Below, one piece after another: positions 38,701-48,307 of a stretch of 64,000 nt of DNA. A program made the translations under genes and the position numbers. Under the pieces are notes generated by a model. That model saw only the letters and a list, made by a program, of their open reading frames with translations. It was not told the DNA's origin and made no database searches. The stretch is taken from NCBI GenBank assembly GCA_964385825.1, contig CAYLPX010000002.1:98876-162875 (forward strand), given 5' to 3'. Source of the stretch: an uncultured Candidatus Saccharibacteria bacterium (GTDB lineage: Bacteria > Patescibacteriota > Minisyncoccia > Phycocordibacterales > JAKFXT01). Numbering within the stretch: position 1 is the stretch's first letter; each line of letters begins with the position of its first letter.

Positions 38701-39367
38701 AAATATACCAGAGTGCATTGGCATCATTATGGACGGCAATCGTCGTTTTGCTAAGGCGCGTGGGTGGCCAACTAGCATGGGTCACAAAGCGGGCTACGAA
38801 GTCTTCAAGGAATTTTTAGAGTGGGCAGGAGAAGCTGGGGTTAAAGAAGTAGTAGCTTACTGTTTTTCAACCGAGAACTGGAAGCGGGCAAAAGAAGAAG
38901 TAACGTTCCTTATGGAATTGTTACTTGTAGGCCTCAGTGAATTGCAGAAGGATTTTAAAAATAGTCAGTTTCATTTTGTTGGCGATCTTTCACAGTTTGA
39001 TCCCAAGCTACGGGCGCAGATGGAGAAAATCGAAGTAGAAACTGCAAAGGCTACTGGCCCCAAGGTATACCTCGCGCTTTCTTATGGTGGCCGTAGTGAA
39101 ATACTAGCTGCAACAAAAAAGTTGGTGGCAAGTGGCAAGGAAATAAACGAAGAAAATTTCAATACAGCTTTGTATACAAGCGGAATGAAAGATCCTGATC
39201 TCATTATTCGCACAGGCGGGGAAAAAAGGCTGTCTAACTTTTTGCCATGGCAGAGCGTGTACAGTGAACTCTTTTTTATTGATACACTTTGGCCTGCCTT
39301 TACTAAAGAGGAATTTGAAGCCATACTCGGAGCATATGACAGACGCGAAAGACGCTTTGGGGTATAA
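38642..39367 (+). CDS. uppS: isoprenyl transferase (undecaprenyl diphosphate synthase)
   Basis: IGIIMDGNRRFAK, ENWKR and RTGGEKRLSNFLPWQ are present. The true start may be the in-frame TTG at 38681. Confidence 0.8.
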   Translation: MRGKSHQKGNTKILKSDTTKNIPECIGIIMDGNRRFAKARGWPTSMGHKAGYEVFKEFLEWAGEAGVKEVVAYCFSTENWKRAKEEVTFLMELLLVGLSELQKDFKNSQFHFVGDLSQFDPKLRAQMEKIEVETAKATGPKVYLALSYGGRSEILAATKKLVASGKEINEENFNTALYTSGMKDPDLIIRTGGEKRLSNFLPWQSVYSELFFIDTLWPAFTKEEFEAILGAYDRRERRFGV

Positions 39368-40085
39368 CAACCCACTTATACCCACCATAGTGTATGAAGA
39401 TGATGACATACTCGCTGTAAATAAGCCTGCGGGGCTTATGGTGCATGCTGATGGGAAAAATACCGAGGACACCCTTTGTGAATGGCTTCTTTCAAAGTAC
39501 CCCAAAATAAAAGGGGTGGGGGAGCCGCTTCTTCTTGCTGACGGACGCAGTATTGGGCGACCAGGTATAGTACACCGTATTGATCGTTGGACGTCGGGGA
39601 TTCTTTTGGTGGCAAAGACAGCTAAGGCTCATGCACACCTTAAAGAACAGTTCCAAGAGCGAGTGATAAAAAAGGAATATAACACTTTTGTTTTCGGTCT
39701 TGTACGTGATGATTTCGGTACTATTAATTTGCCTATTGGTAGAAGTAAGGGAGATTTTCGCCAGTACACAGCTCCTCCAAATGCACGGGGGGAAATGCGC
39801 GAAGCCGAGACCTACTATGAAGTAATCACAAGAGGAAGGGAGCATACTTTTCTTAAGGTACAACCCAAAACAGGACGAACTCACCAGATCCGCGTACACC
39901 TTAAGGCTATTGGTTATCCAGTTGTGTGCGATCGGGTCTATGCACTTAATCGGGGCACGGCTCTTGGCTTTGATCGGCTAGCACTTCATGCGCGGAGTAT
40001 TACTTTTACTGATATGGGAGGGGAGGAAAAGACAGTAGAAGCCCCACTTCCTGAGGATTTTGAAAAAGCCTTAAAACTGCTCTAG
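39336..40085 (+). CDS. RluA-family pseudouridine synthase
   Basis: ILAVNKPAGLMVH and the catalytic-Asp motif HRIDRWTSGILLVAKT are present. The start was chosen at the internal Met after the uppS stop. Confidence 0.75.
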   Translation: MTDAKDALGYNNPLIPTIVYEDDDILAVNKPAGLMVHADGKNTEDTLCEWLLSKYPKIKGVGEPLLLADGRSIGRPGIVHRIDRWTSGILLVAKTAKAHAHLKEQFQERVIKKEYNTFVFGLVRDDFGTINLPIGRSKGDFRQYTAPPNARGEMREAETYYEVITRGREHTFLKVQPKTGRTHQIRVHLKAIGYPVVCDRVYALNRGTALGFDRLALHARSITFTDMGGEEKTVEAPLPEDFEKALKLL

Positions 40086-40101
40086 GGGTGCGTTCTATAA
40101 T

Positions 40102-40554
40102 TTGCCTGCCTTGCCCCAATATGGTAAGGTGTCCCTCATGACTAAGGTAATGTCCCCAGTAGACATAAAGAGCCGCGAAACGCTGGATCTCCGAGCGGGA
40201 GATACTGTGCGTGTAGAGCAAAAGATTGAGGAAAAGGGTAAAACCCGCCTCCAGTCTTTTGAGGGTCTTGTGCTTGCAGTAAAGCACGGCAAAACAGCCG
40301 GTTCTACTTTCACTGTTCGTAAGGTGGCAAGTGGAGTTGGGGTTGAAAAGGTTTTTCCTCTCTACTCTCCTTCTATAGATTCTATTAATATCGTCCGCCG
40401 CTCTAAGGTGCGCAAGAGTAAGCTCTACTATATCCGTGAAAAGGTTTCTCGTGAGATTCGCCGACAGATGCGTAATCTCCGTACGGTGAAAGCAGTAGCA
40501 GAAGACACTACTCCAGAGGCTCCAACTACTGAAGAAGCAGCAGTTACAGAATAA
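40102..40554 (+). CDS. rplS: 50S ribosomal protein L19
   Basis: The sequence GDTVRVEQKIEEKGKTRLQSFEGLVLAVKHGKTAGSTFTVRKV is typical of L19. Confidence 0.85.
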   Translation: MPALPQYGKVSLMTKVMSPVDIKSRETLDLRAGDTVRVEQKIEEKGKTRLQSFEGLVLAVKHGKTAGSTFTVRKVASGVGVEKVFPLYSPSIDSINIVRRSKVRKSKLYYIREKVSREIRRQMRNLRTVKAVAEDTTPEAPTTEEAAVTE

Positions 40555-40580
40555 AAAACTCGCGGAAGCGAGTTTTTTGT
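40551..40580 (+). terminator. rho-independent terminator
   Basis: AAAAAACTCGC-GGAA-GCGAGTTTTTT. Confidence 0.6.
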
Positions 40581-40628
40581 TTCTATGGTTGAAAAAGACC
40601 CCGTTCTCCGTTATAGTGCAACGTACTT

Positions 40629-40710
40629 GCCCAGGTGGAGAAATTGGTAGACTTACTACCTTGAGGTGGTAGCGCCGCGAGGCATGGGGGTTCGAGTCCC
40701 CCCCTGGGCA
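40629..40710 (+). tRNA. tRNA-Leu (anticodon GAG)
   Basis: Manual fold: acceptor GCCCAGG/CCTGGGC, anticodon arm CTACC-TTGAGGT-GGTAG, long variable arm, T-arm GGGGGTTCGAGTCCCCC. Confidence 0.75.
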
Positions 40711-40900
40711 CAACGAGCGGAGTGAGTTGGTGACAAGGAGTACGGTGCCTGCGCACCGTACGTGGGGGACGAGAAAACCTTGAGTATATCGGAGCGAGCG
40801 TCTGCGCGAAGTGAGATACGAAAGGTGTACAGAAATTGTAAATTTCGAGTCCTTTGAGCGTTGGAACATATCTGTGACCGAGTCCTTACATTTTATTTTA
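40711..40900 (+). repeat. tRNA-flanking structured region, copy E (more diverged)
   Basis: The hairpin GTACGGTGC-CTGC-GCACCGTAC has the same GCCTGCGC core as copies A and B. GAGTGAGATACGAAAGG and ATATCTGTGACCGAG resemble motifs in copy C. Confidence 0.4.
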
Positions 40901-40959
40901 AATGTATAAGTTCCGTGTAGGTTTTTGGTATAATGTAACTCTCTCGGTTCCTTCAATCT

Positions 40960-41724
40960 ATGACCTTACTTTTTATTATCGGAGCGCTTATACTCATTTT
41001 TTTAGTGGGGCTGCTTATAAATGTTGTAGCACTCATTTTTCTTAAGCGACTCTTCAATTTAAAAAAGCCGACATACCGCAAGGCAACTTCTCTCATTTTC
41101 ATTTCTGGATTTGTAAGTTTGCTTCTCACATTCATACTTTCATATTTAGGGCTTGAGGCCATGGCCATTTTCTTAGTGTTGCTTGGGGTTTTTGTAGTTT
41201 TTTATTTGGTACTTAAGAAACAGTATAAGGCGACCTTTATAACCTCGCTTTATATCTACATACTTTTTTCTGTTATCACCATCGCAATTTCTCTTGCAAC
41301 GATTTTGCCACTCCGAACCTACGTGGCCGAACTCTTTGTGGTAAGTGGAGGAAGCATGGAACCTCTTTTTAAAAAGCATGATTATGTATTGGCGAAAAAG
41401 TGGCAAGAAATTCCAGAGAGGGGGGATGTGGTGATTTATACGGACAAAGACAGAAAGAGTCATTTCATTGGTAGAGTTATTGGACTACCCGGTGAGCTTG
41501 TAGAGCTACGAGCTGATACAGTACTTATTAACAACAGAGCGATCAATGAGTCTTATACCCACACCGATGCAACAGAAACGTTCGCCGCTCGCCTTAAAAA
41601 TGATGAGTATTTTATTCTTCCTGATATACGACAGAAGCCGATTAATTTCAAATTGTACGGTAGGATTAATAAGGCCCAGGTGGTCGGGGAAGTATTTTTC
41701 CACCTAGGTGGGGTTATTAAATAG
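40960..41724 (+). CDS. lepB: signal peptidase I with an extended N-terminal membrane domain
   Basis: The catalytic-Ser motif VVSGGSMEPLF is present, as is the Lys box in VIGLPGE. The N-terminal region has about 4 TM helices. Confidence 0.7.
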   Translation: MTLLFIIGALILIFLVGLLINVVALIFLKRLFNLKKPTYRKATSLIFISGFVSLLLTFILSYLGLEAMAIFLVLLGVFVVFYLVLKKQYKATFITSLYIYILFSVITIAISLATILPLRTYVAELFVVSGGSMEPLFKKHDYVLAKKWQEIPERGDVVIYTDKDRKSHFIGRVIGLPGELVELRADTVLINNRAINESYTHTDATETFAARLKNDEYFILPDIRQKPINFKLYGRINKAQVVGEVFFHLGGVIK

Positions 41725-41729
41725 CGCAT

Positions 41730-42281
41730 ATGTTGTATACACGAAAGGGGGATAAGGGAGACACAGGACTTTTTGGTTGTAATCAACGTATTTCTAAGTC
41801 CTCCAGCATTGCCGAAGCTTTGGGCTCGCTCGATGAAATCAATTCTTTTCTTGGTATATGCAAAGTCCTCTCTTCATCGAAGGACTATAAGCTCTCAACT
41901 ATAAACTTTTCTGACTTAGTACATAGTGTGCAGCAAAATCTTTTTATTATTCAGGCGGAACTTGCTGGGAGCGATATGACGGTGAGTGCTGAGAAAATAA
42001 AAGAAATAGAAGGGTGGATCGGAGAAATTGAGAATATACTTCCTCCTATTAAGTCCTTTTTTATTTCTGGAGGAACAGAGCTCGGTGCCACATTTGATGT
42101 GGCCCGAACTATAGCGCGTAGGGCAGAGCGAAGAGTAGTGGCAGTGGTAGAGGAGGGGGTAAGGCCGATCGGTGAATACTCACGGACCTATCTCAACAGA
42201 CTTTCAAGTTTGCTCTACGCGCTGGCTAGACTTTCTAACCATTTTTCTGGTATAACGGAGCAGTCACCGACTTACGAGTAG
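41730..42281 (+). CDS. PduO-type ATP:cob(I)alamin adenosyltransferase-family protein
   Basis: The N-terminus is YTRKGDKGDTGLFG...AEALGSLDEINSFLG. Confidence 0.55.
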   Translation: MLYTRKGDKGDTGLFGCNQRISKSSSIAEALGSLDEINSFLGICKVLSSSKDYKLSTINFSDLVHSVQQNLFIIQAELAGSDMTVSAEKIKEIEGWIGEIENILPPIKSFFISGGTELGATFDVARTIARRAERRVVAVVEEGVRPIGEYSRTYLNRLSSLLYALARLSNHFSGITEQSPTYE

Positions 42282-42289
42282 GTCAACAT

Positions 42290-42362
42290 GGTGCTTATGG
42301 TGTAACGGTTAACACTCGGGTTTGTGGAGCCCGCAATCTGGGTTCGATTCCCAGTAGGCACC
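42290..42362 (+). tRNA. tRNA-His (anticodon GUG)
   Basis: Manual fold: extra G-1 pairing with C73, anticodon loop TTGTGGA, T-arm CTGGGTTCGATTCCCAG. Confidence 0.8.
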
Positions 42363-42370
42363 CTCGTAGT

Positions 42371-42395
42371 AAAAATCCCCGCAAGGGGATTTTTA
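42371..42395 (+). terminator. rho-independent terminator
   Basis: AAAAATCCCC-GCAA-GGGGATTTTTA. Confidence 0.6.
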
Positions 42396-42449
42396 CGTAG
42401 AAGCAGAATTAGCTTTTGGTGGTTATATTGAGCACGTTATACTTGTACT

Positions 42450-43631
42450 ATGGCGAAAGCAGGGAAAATTATTTTGGTTTGTGGGCTAATACTCTTAATT
42501 ACGCTTTGGTGGCAGGGTTCAAAAGGTATCGTAAGTGATACCCCTTATGTTGATCCCTCACTTGGTAGTATTCCTCAGGCAAGTAAAACCACACAGCATA
42601 TTACTCCAGAGACCCCAGTTAACCCTCGGGCCTCAATAAAAGCTAAGCAGCTACTTGCACTTTTTTACAAACTAAGGAATAGCCGAGACACACGAGTTAT
42701 AGTGGGTCAGCATGTGGGGGGAGTTAATGAGGGGGCTGTGGCCCTGCAAAAAAAATACCAAAAATATTTTACTAATCTAAGGGATAGTACAGGTGAGTTA
42801 CCTGCGCTTATGGGGGTGGATTATGGCTGGGAAACTCAGCCCCTAAGTTATACCGAGACAAATGCCGTACTGATTAAGTATGCAAAAGAAGGCGGACTTA
42901 TAGAGGTTTCTATGAGCCCAGGAAACCCTTTTACTGGTGGGGGACTTAGAGATTTTACTCTTGGAGGGCATCCTTACGATGATGTTATTACCGAAGGAAA
43001 AGAAGCTAATACGAGATGGAAAGCTACTCTTGATAAAACAGCAGAAGGGTTGGCTGAACTTCAGGATGCTGGGGTGGTAGTGTTATTTAGACCACTACAT
43101 GAAATGAACGGAGACTTTTTTTGGTGGTCGTATGGAGAACATGGGCGAGTTGGAAAGGAGGAATACCAGAAACTGTGGAGATATATCTATGATTATTTAA
43201 CCAAAAATAAAAAGCTCAATAATCTTTTGTGGGTATATTCACCAAACGCAAGTCAGTGGGAAAATGGAGTGAAAGATACAGATTTCTACTATCCGGGGGA
43301 TCAGTATGTAGACATGGTAGGCATGGATTACTATGCCGACGATATGTCACAAGTAAATAATCATGGCAATTATGACAAGCTCATCGCACTTAACAAACCT
43401 TTTGGATTTGCAGAAATCGGACCGCAATCTCGCAGTGGGTTTGATAACAATCTTGTTTTAGAAGCTGTGCGAACCAAGTATCCGCAAACAGTTTACGCTA
43501 TGTATTGGACGGGTTGGAGTAATCTTGGTGTGCTACATACAAAGCGAGGAATTATTGAAAATGCCAACGCTAAAGCTTTTATGAATAACCCCATAATCAT
43601 TACCTTAAAAGGTCTGCAAAAGCTTTTTTGA
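42450..43631 (+). CDS. secreted glycoside hydrolase, GH26 (beta-mannanase)-like
   Basis: A signal/TM sequence is followed by FRPLHEMNGDFFWW and WVYSPN, consistent with a TIM-barrel clan GH-A enzyme. Confidence 0.5.
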   Translation: MAKAGKIILVCGLILLITLWWQGSKGIVSDTPYVDPSLGSIPQASKTTQHITPETPVNPRASIKAKQLLALFYKLRNSRDTRVIVGQHVGGVNEGAVALQKKYQKYFTNLRDSTGELPALMGVDYGWETQPLSYTETNAVLIKYAKEGGLIEVSMSPGNPFTGGGLRDFTLGGHPYDDVITEGKEANTRWKATLDKTAEGLAELQDAGVVVLFRPLHEMNGDFFWWSYGEHGRVGKEEYQKLWRYIYDYLTKNKKLNNLLWVYSPNASQWENGVKDTDFYYPGDQYVDMVGMDYYADDMSQVNNHGNYDKLIALNKPFGFAEIGPQSRSGFDNNLVLEAVRTKYPQTVYAMYWTGWSNLGVLHTKRGIIENANAKAFMNNPIIITLKGLQKLF

Positions 43632-43999
43632 CCCTAGTCTGCTATAGTTTTGATATGACATTTGATCAACCGCCTTCCTCAGAGGGGACGCCAAAAATTG
43701 AGAAAGCAAAGGTTCTCGAAATGATCCGAACTAAGGGACTCCAAGACCCTGAAACCATGGATCTAATTCATGCATGGACTCTAGAGCAGGAGCAGCAGGT
43801 TGCTTTAGAAAATACTCCCACAGCGACACTTCGATTTGATTTGGAACGGGTGGATCTCTATCTTGCAGCTGGAGACGTGGAGGGAGCTCTCGAGTTTCTT
43901 GAAAATCCGGAGACAGGATTGTTTTACGCTGCTCTGCAACAGGGAGATCAGGAAATTTGTAGTTTAGTTGAGGTAAAAATAAAGGAAATTCGAGGATAG
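43628..43999 (+). CDS. hypothetical protein
   Basis: A 123 aa acidic protein with no motif recognised. Confidence 0.35.
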   Translation: MTLVCYSFDMTFDQPPSSEGTPKIEKAKVLEMIRTKGLQDPETMDLIHAWTLEQEQQVALENTPTATLRFDLERVDLYLAAGDVEGALEFLENPETGLFYAALQQGDQEICSLVEVKIKEIRG

Positions 44000-44015
44000 A
44001 CTATTTCATCACCGT

Positions 44016-44261
44016 ATGACGAAAATTTTAGGTATGCTATTTGGAGTCATTGCTTTTATTTCTGCTTGGCTTGTATTTGACTATCGGCTTGCGAAAAGAG
44101 TAGCCGGGTGGCTCCACAGACACTACTTTATTGGATCTCTTTTGTCGGGATATCGCACGGTCGGTTCTATTGAAAGGGAATTACTGAACAAGCGTAAAAG
44201 TAAATTTGTCGGCGTGCTTCTAGTTATACTCGGTATCGTTCTATTTTTCAGTGGATTTTAA
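44016..44261 (+). CDS. small membrane protein
   Basis: Two TM helices. Confidence 0.3.
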   Translation: MTKILGMLFGVIAFISAWLVFDYRLAKRVAGWLHRHYFIGSLLSGYRTVGSIERELLNKRKSKFVGVLLVILGIVLFFSGF

Positions 44262-44264
44262 TGT

Positions 44265-44924
44265 ATGGACCGCTTTATCTATAAACATAGTCTTTTTTGG
44301 AGAGATAAAGAAATCCGTCGGCACATGCTACTTAGCGTATTCTTGCTTTTAGTAGGGTTGTGTCTTATCTATATTGCGCGTAACTATACAAGTGACTATG
44401 TGGGTAATATTGTTCCGGATCTGCTTTTGGATACCATACCGGTATTTAACGTTGGGATTATATTTTTCCAAGGAGCTTTTTTATTCATACTGGCGCTTGG
44501 TGGAATTTTGTTATGGGAGCCACGATATATTCCCTTTACACTCGAAGCTTCCGCACTCTTTGCTCTGACGAGATCGTTCTTTATGATCATGACGCATCTC
44601 TCTGCACCAACAACACTTTATTATAGTTTCTTTGAGCATGAGCATCACATGCGGGAGGCTGTGTTTACGGTAAGTTCAGGGAATGACCTCTTTTTTTCTG
44701 GACACGCTGGGTATCCGTTTCTCTTGGCTTTTGTTTTTTGGCAGTGGGAAAAAGCTCGGTATTTCTTCCTCATATGTTCCTTGATAGGCAGTGTTGCAGT
44801 TATTGTGGGGCATCTCCACTATTCTATAGATGTTTTTTCAGCCTATTTTATTGCGTTTGGTATTTTTGAAATCGCGAAGAAGATTTTTAAAAAGGAGTAT
44901 GGACTAACGCAGGGAAGTTACTAA
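44265..44924 (+). CDS. PAP2-family membrane phosphatase-like protein
   Basis: FSGHAGY (the PSGH motif) and HLHYSIDV (the SRx5Hx3D-like motif) sit on a polytopic membrane scaffold. Confidence 0.45.
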   Translation: MDRFIYKHSLFWRDKEIRRHMLLSVFLLLVGLCLIYIARNYTSDYVGNIVPDLLLDTIPVFNVGIIFFQGAFLFILALGGILLWEPRYIPFTLEASALFALTRSFFMIMTHLSAPTTLYYSFFEHEHHMREAVFTVSSGNDLFFSGHAGYPFLLAFVFWQWEKARYFFLICSLIGSVAVIVGHLHYSIDVFSAYFIAFGIFEIAKKIFKKEYGLTQGSY

Positions 44925-44928
44925 CGAT

Positions 44929-45501
44929 ATGAATATATACGCGCTTATACTTACATACAAGTATAGTATTCTTTTCCCCCTCGCTATTTTTGAGGGACCC
45001 ATCATTACTATTATCGCTGGATTTTTGGTAACTCTAGGTATTCTTAATCCATACTTTGTTTACCTACTTATTGTCCTTAGTGATGTGGTTGGAGATTCTA
45101 TCATCTATAGCGTGGGTTATGCGGGAGGAGCCTGGGTCTTACGCGCAAAAAAGTTTTTCCGCATTGCTGATGAAAAACTCACCAAAGCTAAAGTCTTTTT
45201 TGATACTCACCATCATAAAACACTGATATTCTCCAAGGTATTTCACGGTATTGGGATAGCAGGGTTACTATCGGCCGGTATATTGCGGATTAAGTATGGT
45301 CGATATGTGCTCGTATGTGCTGGGGTGTCGGTTATACAGTCTGCAATATTACTTATACTAGGTATCATGTTCGGACATTTGTATGTACAGATTGAGAAAT
45401 ATTTGAACTTTTTTGCAGCTAGCATAAGTGTTATAGTAGCTTTCGCCATATTGGTGCTTGTGCTCTATAAGACAAGACAACTCTCAGTGTTGGGTAAATA
45501 A
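44929..45501 (+). CDS. DedA/SNARE-associated family membrane protein
   Basis: FEGPIITIIAGFLVTLG and a VVGDSIIYSVGY motif. Confidence 0.6.
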   Translation: MNIYALILTYKYSILFPLAIFEGPIITIIAGFLVTLGILNPYFVYLLIVLSDVVGDSIIYSVGYAGGAWVLRAKKFFRIADEKLTKAKVFFDTHHHKTLIFSKVFHGIGIAGLLSAGILRIKYGRYVLVCAGVSVIQSAILLILGIMFGHLYVQIEKYLNFFAASISVIVAFAILVLVLYKTRQLSVLGK

Positions 45502-45504
45502 TGC

Positions 45505-46686
45505 ATGGAAAAAGATCAAAGGAAAAAATTAACTATTGCGATGATATGCGATCCAATAGGGGACTATAAAGCAGGAGCGCTTGTCTCGGCGTTGCGATTT
45601 GGTGGTCTTCTTCAAGAATTGGGACATAGGGTAATTTTCATTGGAGCAAAGTCAAAGGAAAACCCCACCCATGACTATGTTCATACTATGAAAGTATATC
45701 GCTTTCGTAGTATCCCACTTCCAAAGTCAGGGGGTTGGCATTTAGCCTTCCCGACAGTTAGCGAGGTTAAAAAGATTTTACAGGATGAGGGGGTTGATGT
45801 TATGCATGTTATTTTGCCGATGACGGGAGCTCTTGTTGCAGTGCGCGCGGCGAAACTTTTGGGTATTAGAATAGTCAGCCACTCACATTCGCAACCAGAA
45901 AATTTGTTCATGGATGTACCAAAAATACTTGGACAGTCTTTGCTATACAAGGCATGGAATACATACCTTGCATGGCTCTATAGCAAAGCAGAGTCTATCA
46001 TCTACCCAACTAAGTTCGGACACGAACTGCTACACCATTTAACCGAAGAAGGGAAACCATCGACTGTTATAAGTAATGGAGTGAATAGAAATATTTTTAA
46101 GCCACTGCCAACTGCAGATTTTCATGATCGGTTTAATATCCCTAAGGATACGGTAAACATAGTATATGTAGGGCGACTGTTTCCTGAAAAATCAGTCGAT
46201 ACACTAATCAATGCCATTCCGTATATTCTGAAAGGTGCTCCACAAGTTCACGTTATTATTGTGGGAATAGGCTACTTAAAACCAAAACTAGAACAACTCG
46301 CGAAAGACCTCGGAGTTGAGAAACAGGTCACCTTTTTAACCCTAAATGATGACGATAAACTTCTGGCCTATAATGCGGGACATATATTCATTTCTCCATC
46401 CTTTGCTGAACTTGAGGGTATGACCGTGCTTGAGGCTATGGCTTGCGGCAAACCGATTATAGTACCAAACGCAGAAATGAATGCCGCTAGATTTTTTGTA
46501 GATGGGAATGGTTTTCTATTTGAAACAAAAAATCACAAAGACTTGGCAGAGAAAGCACTAATAATTATTTTAGATGAAGCTCTCCGAAAGAAAATGGGGG
46601 AAGTTAGTTTGGCAAAGAGTAAGGAATATGACATCAATCACAGTGTTACTAAATTGGAAAGTGTTTACTATGGCAGATTCCAGTAA
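45505..46686 (+). CDS. GT4-family glycosyltransferase
   Basis: VGRLFPEKSVD...EGMTVLEAMACGKPII matches the GT-B E-x7-E region. Confidence 0.7.
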   Translation: MEKDQRKKLTIAMICDPIGDYKAGALVSALRFGGLLQELGHRVIFIGAKSKENPTHDYVHTMKVYRFRSIPLPKSGGWHLAFPTVSEVKKILQDEGVDVMHVILPMTGALVAVRAAKLLGIRIVSHSHSQPENLFMDVPKILGQSLLYKAWNTYLAWLYSKAESIIYPTKFGHELLHHLTEEGKPSTVISNGVNRNIFKPLPTADFHDRFNIPKDTVNIVYVGRLFPEKSVDTLINAIPYILKGAPQVHVIIVGIGYLKPKLEQLAKDLGVEKQVTFLTLNDDDKLLAYNAGHIFISPSFAELEGMTVLEAMACGKPIIVPNAEMNAARFFVDGNGFLFETKNHKDLAEKALIIILDEALRKKMGEVSLAKSKEYDINHSVTKLESVYYGRFQ

Positions 46687-46694
46687 TAATCACT

Positions 46695-47495
46695 ATGCAG
46701 GAATATTTTTTTGAGCCGAAGGGGATTTACTACCGAACAAACGATTTTTCGAGCAACAAGAAAACGCTCGTATTTGTACACGGACTCTCGGGGAGTTCTT
46801 CGGCTTGGACTTTCTATGAAGAGAGATTTAAAGATATGTACAATATTTTAACTTTTGATTTACGCGGACATGGCAAGTCAAAGAAACCTAAGTATTACAG
46901 AGATTATGAGATACGGGATTTCGCTGAAGATTTAGAGGAATTACTCATGGAGTGTGGCATTGCTTCATGTGTACTTATCAGTCACTCATTTGCTTCGCTC
47001 ATTGCCTTAGAATTCCTTAAAACAAACATGAAGGCTGTAGAGCGTGTTGTTTTTTTGAGCCCAAGTTATCACGCAAAAGAACCGCTAATTGGAAAATTGC
47101 TCGATCCACTACTTTGGGCCACCAAAATACTGGGTCTATTGCCACACTCCACCAGCCCCAAAACACACATAGATTATAATAAGTACCCCAATTCCGGAGA
47201 CTGGAATATCCCGCGTATGATAGCGGATGTAAGAAATACTGGGCTTAAGGTTTACCTATACTGCTCAAGACAGGCACTCCAGGTTAATTACAAACACTTT
47301 TTAGAACATATCACTATTCCAACTTTGCTCATGCATGGCAGAAAAGATACTATTTTCCCCTTTCAAAACTCGGTTGTGATGAATCAAAAGATTAAGAATT
47401 CAAAGCTTATATTACTGCCAGCAGCTGATCATATAATCCCACTTAACTTTCCCAGCGAAGTTTGTGGTGCTATAGAAGAATTTTTAGGGAACTAG
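46695..47495 (+). CDS. alpha/beta-fold hydrolase
   Basis: FVHGLSGSSSAW and the nucleophile elbow ISHSFAS are present, with a C-terminal His. Confidence 0.65.
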   Translation: MQEYFFEPKGIYYRTNDFSSNKKTLVFVHGLSGSSSAWTFYEERFKDMYNILTFDLRGHGKSKKPKYYRDYEIRDFAEDLEELLMECGIASCVLISHSFASLIALEFLKTNMKAVERVVFLSPSYHAKEPLIGKLLDPLLWATKILGLLPHSTSPKTHIDYNKYPNSGDWNIPRMIADVRNTGLKVYLYCSRQALQVNYKHFLEHITIPTLLMHGRKDTIFPFQNSVVMNQKIKNSKLILLPAADHIIPLNFPSEVCGAIEEFLGN

Positions 47496-47559
47496 CAGCC
47501 TTGCTTTTAGGTGGCTAAAGCGTAGGATGTGGGAGTATTTGTTCATAAAGGAGAGTGCA

Positions 47560-47859
47560 ATGATTAGCATGTATAGGGTTGTTTTCCTCGACGATGACGG
47601 CGTCGAGAAGATCTTCTATACAACGGACGAGGTGTTGGCGGGGGAGCTGGCTCTCATCTCAGAGAGCACTCAGGTCGTTCAAGGCAGCGTTCGTCCTGAA
47701 CGGGTTTGGGAGCGTCGGGAAGATGTCCCCTTTGAAATACTCGACGTGGTCAAGAGGAGGGTGGTTCGCAAGGCGGCACTGGAATTTGGCCAGCTGCTGA
47801 AGACACTGCCCTCGGAGGAGCGCAGGGCAATTTTGTCAGAGCTCGGCAAGGTCTGCTGA
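47560..47859 (+). CDS. foreign high-GC small protein (99 aa, no family recognised)
   Basis: An AGGAG RBS lies 7 nt before the ATG at 47560. The ORF is GC3-rich, begins MISMYRVVFLDDDGVEKIFYTTDE, and is followed by a GC-rich terminator. Confidence 0.4.
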   Translation: MISMYRVVFLDDDGVEKIFYTTDEVLAGELALISESTQVVQGSVRPERVWERREDVPFEILDVVKRRVVRKAALEFGQLLKTLPSEERRAILSELGKVC

Positions 47860-47900
47860 CAGCCAAGCGACAACATATCTTTCTAGCCGACCTGCTCGGC

Positions 47901-47932
47901 AACCCGCGACGGCAGTCGCGGGTTTTAATTTT
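47901..47932 (+). terminator. GC-rich rho-independent terminator
   Basis: AACCCGCGAC-GGCA-GTCGCGGGTT followed by TTAATTTTA. Confidence 0.55.
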
Positions 47933-47959
47933 ATATAGTTTAGTTGCTATACTTTCAGC

Positions 47960-48307
47960 ATGGAATTACCACGTACAACAAAAGCACATCTCAACCTTGA
48001 GTCTAAAGATATGGGAGAGTTCGAACGATTCATAAAGGAGTATGAACTTGATCGTCTACATACTGATTTTCTTAATCGTTGGATTACGCTCATTATTGCT
48101 TCACTCAGTTTGATTACCGCCCTTGCTTGGGACGATTTGTTCAAATCAGTGTTTATTGGTTTTTTCGGACATCTTAATGAGCTTTCCCAAAAGGTTTTAT
48201 ATTCAACTATACTAACCATCCTTACTATTTTGGTCACAGTTATTTTAGGAAAGTTTTTTATGAAAAAGGGGAAGAGAGAAATAGAGAAACAGTATACTCA
48301 TGAATGA
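47960..48307 (+). CDS. hypothetical membrane protein
   Basis: Two TM helices. Confidence 0.3.
   Translation: MELPRTTKAHLNLESKDMGEFERFIKEYELDRLHTDFLNRWITLIIASLSLITALAWDDLFKSVFIGFFGHLNELSQKVLYSTILTILTILVTVILGKFFMKKGKREIEKQYTHE

Noticed and set aside
40006-40956. 316 aa minus-strand ORF spanning rplS, the terminator, tRNA-Leu and repeat E
   Set aside because: It overlaps a clear L19 gene and a tRNA on the opposite strand. Its translation is low-complexity and it has no RBS.
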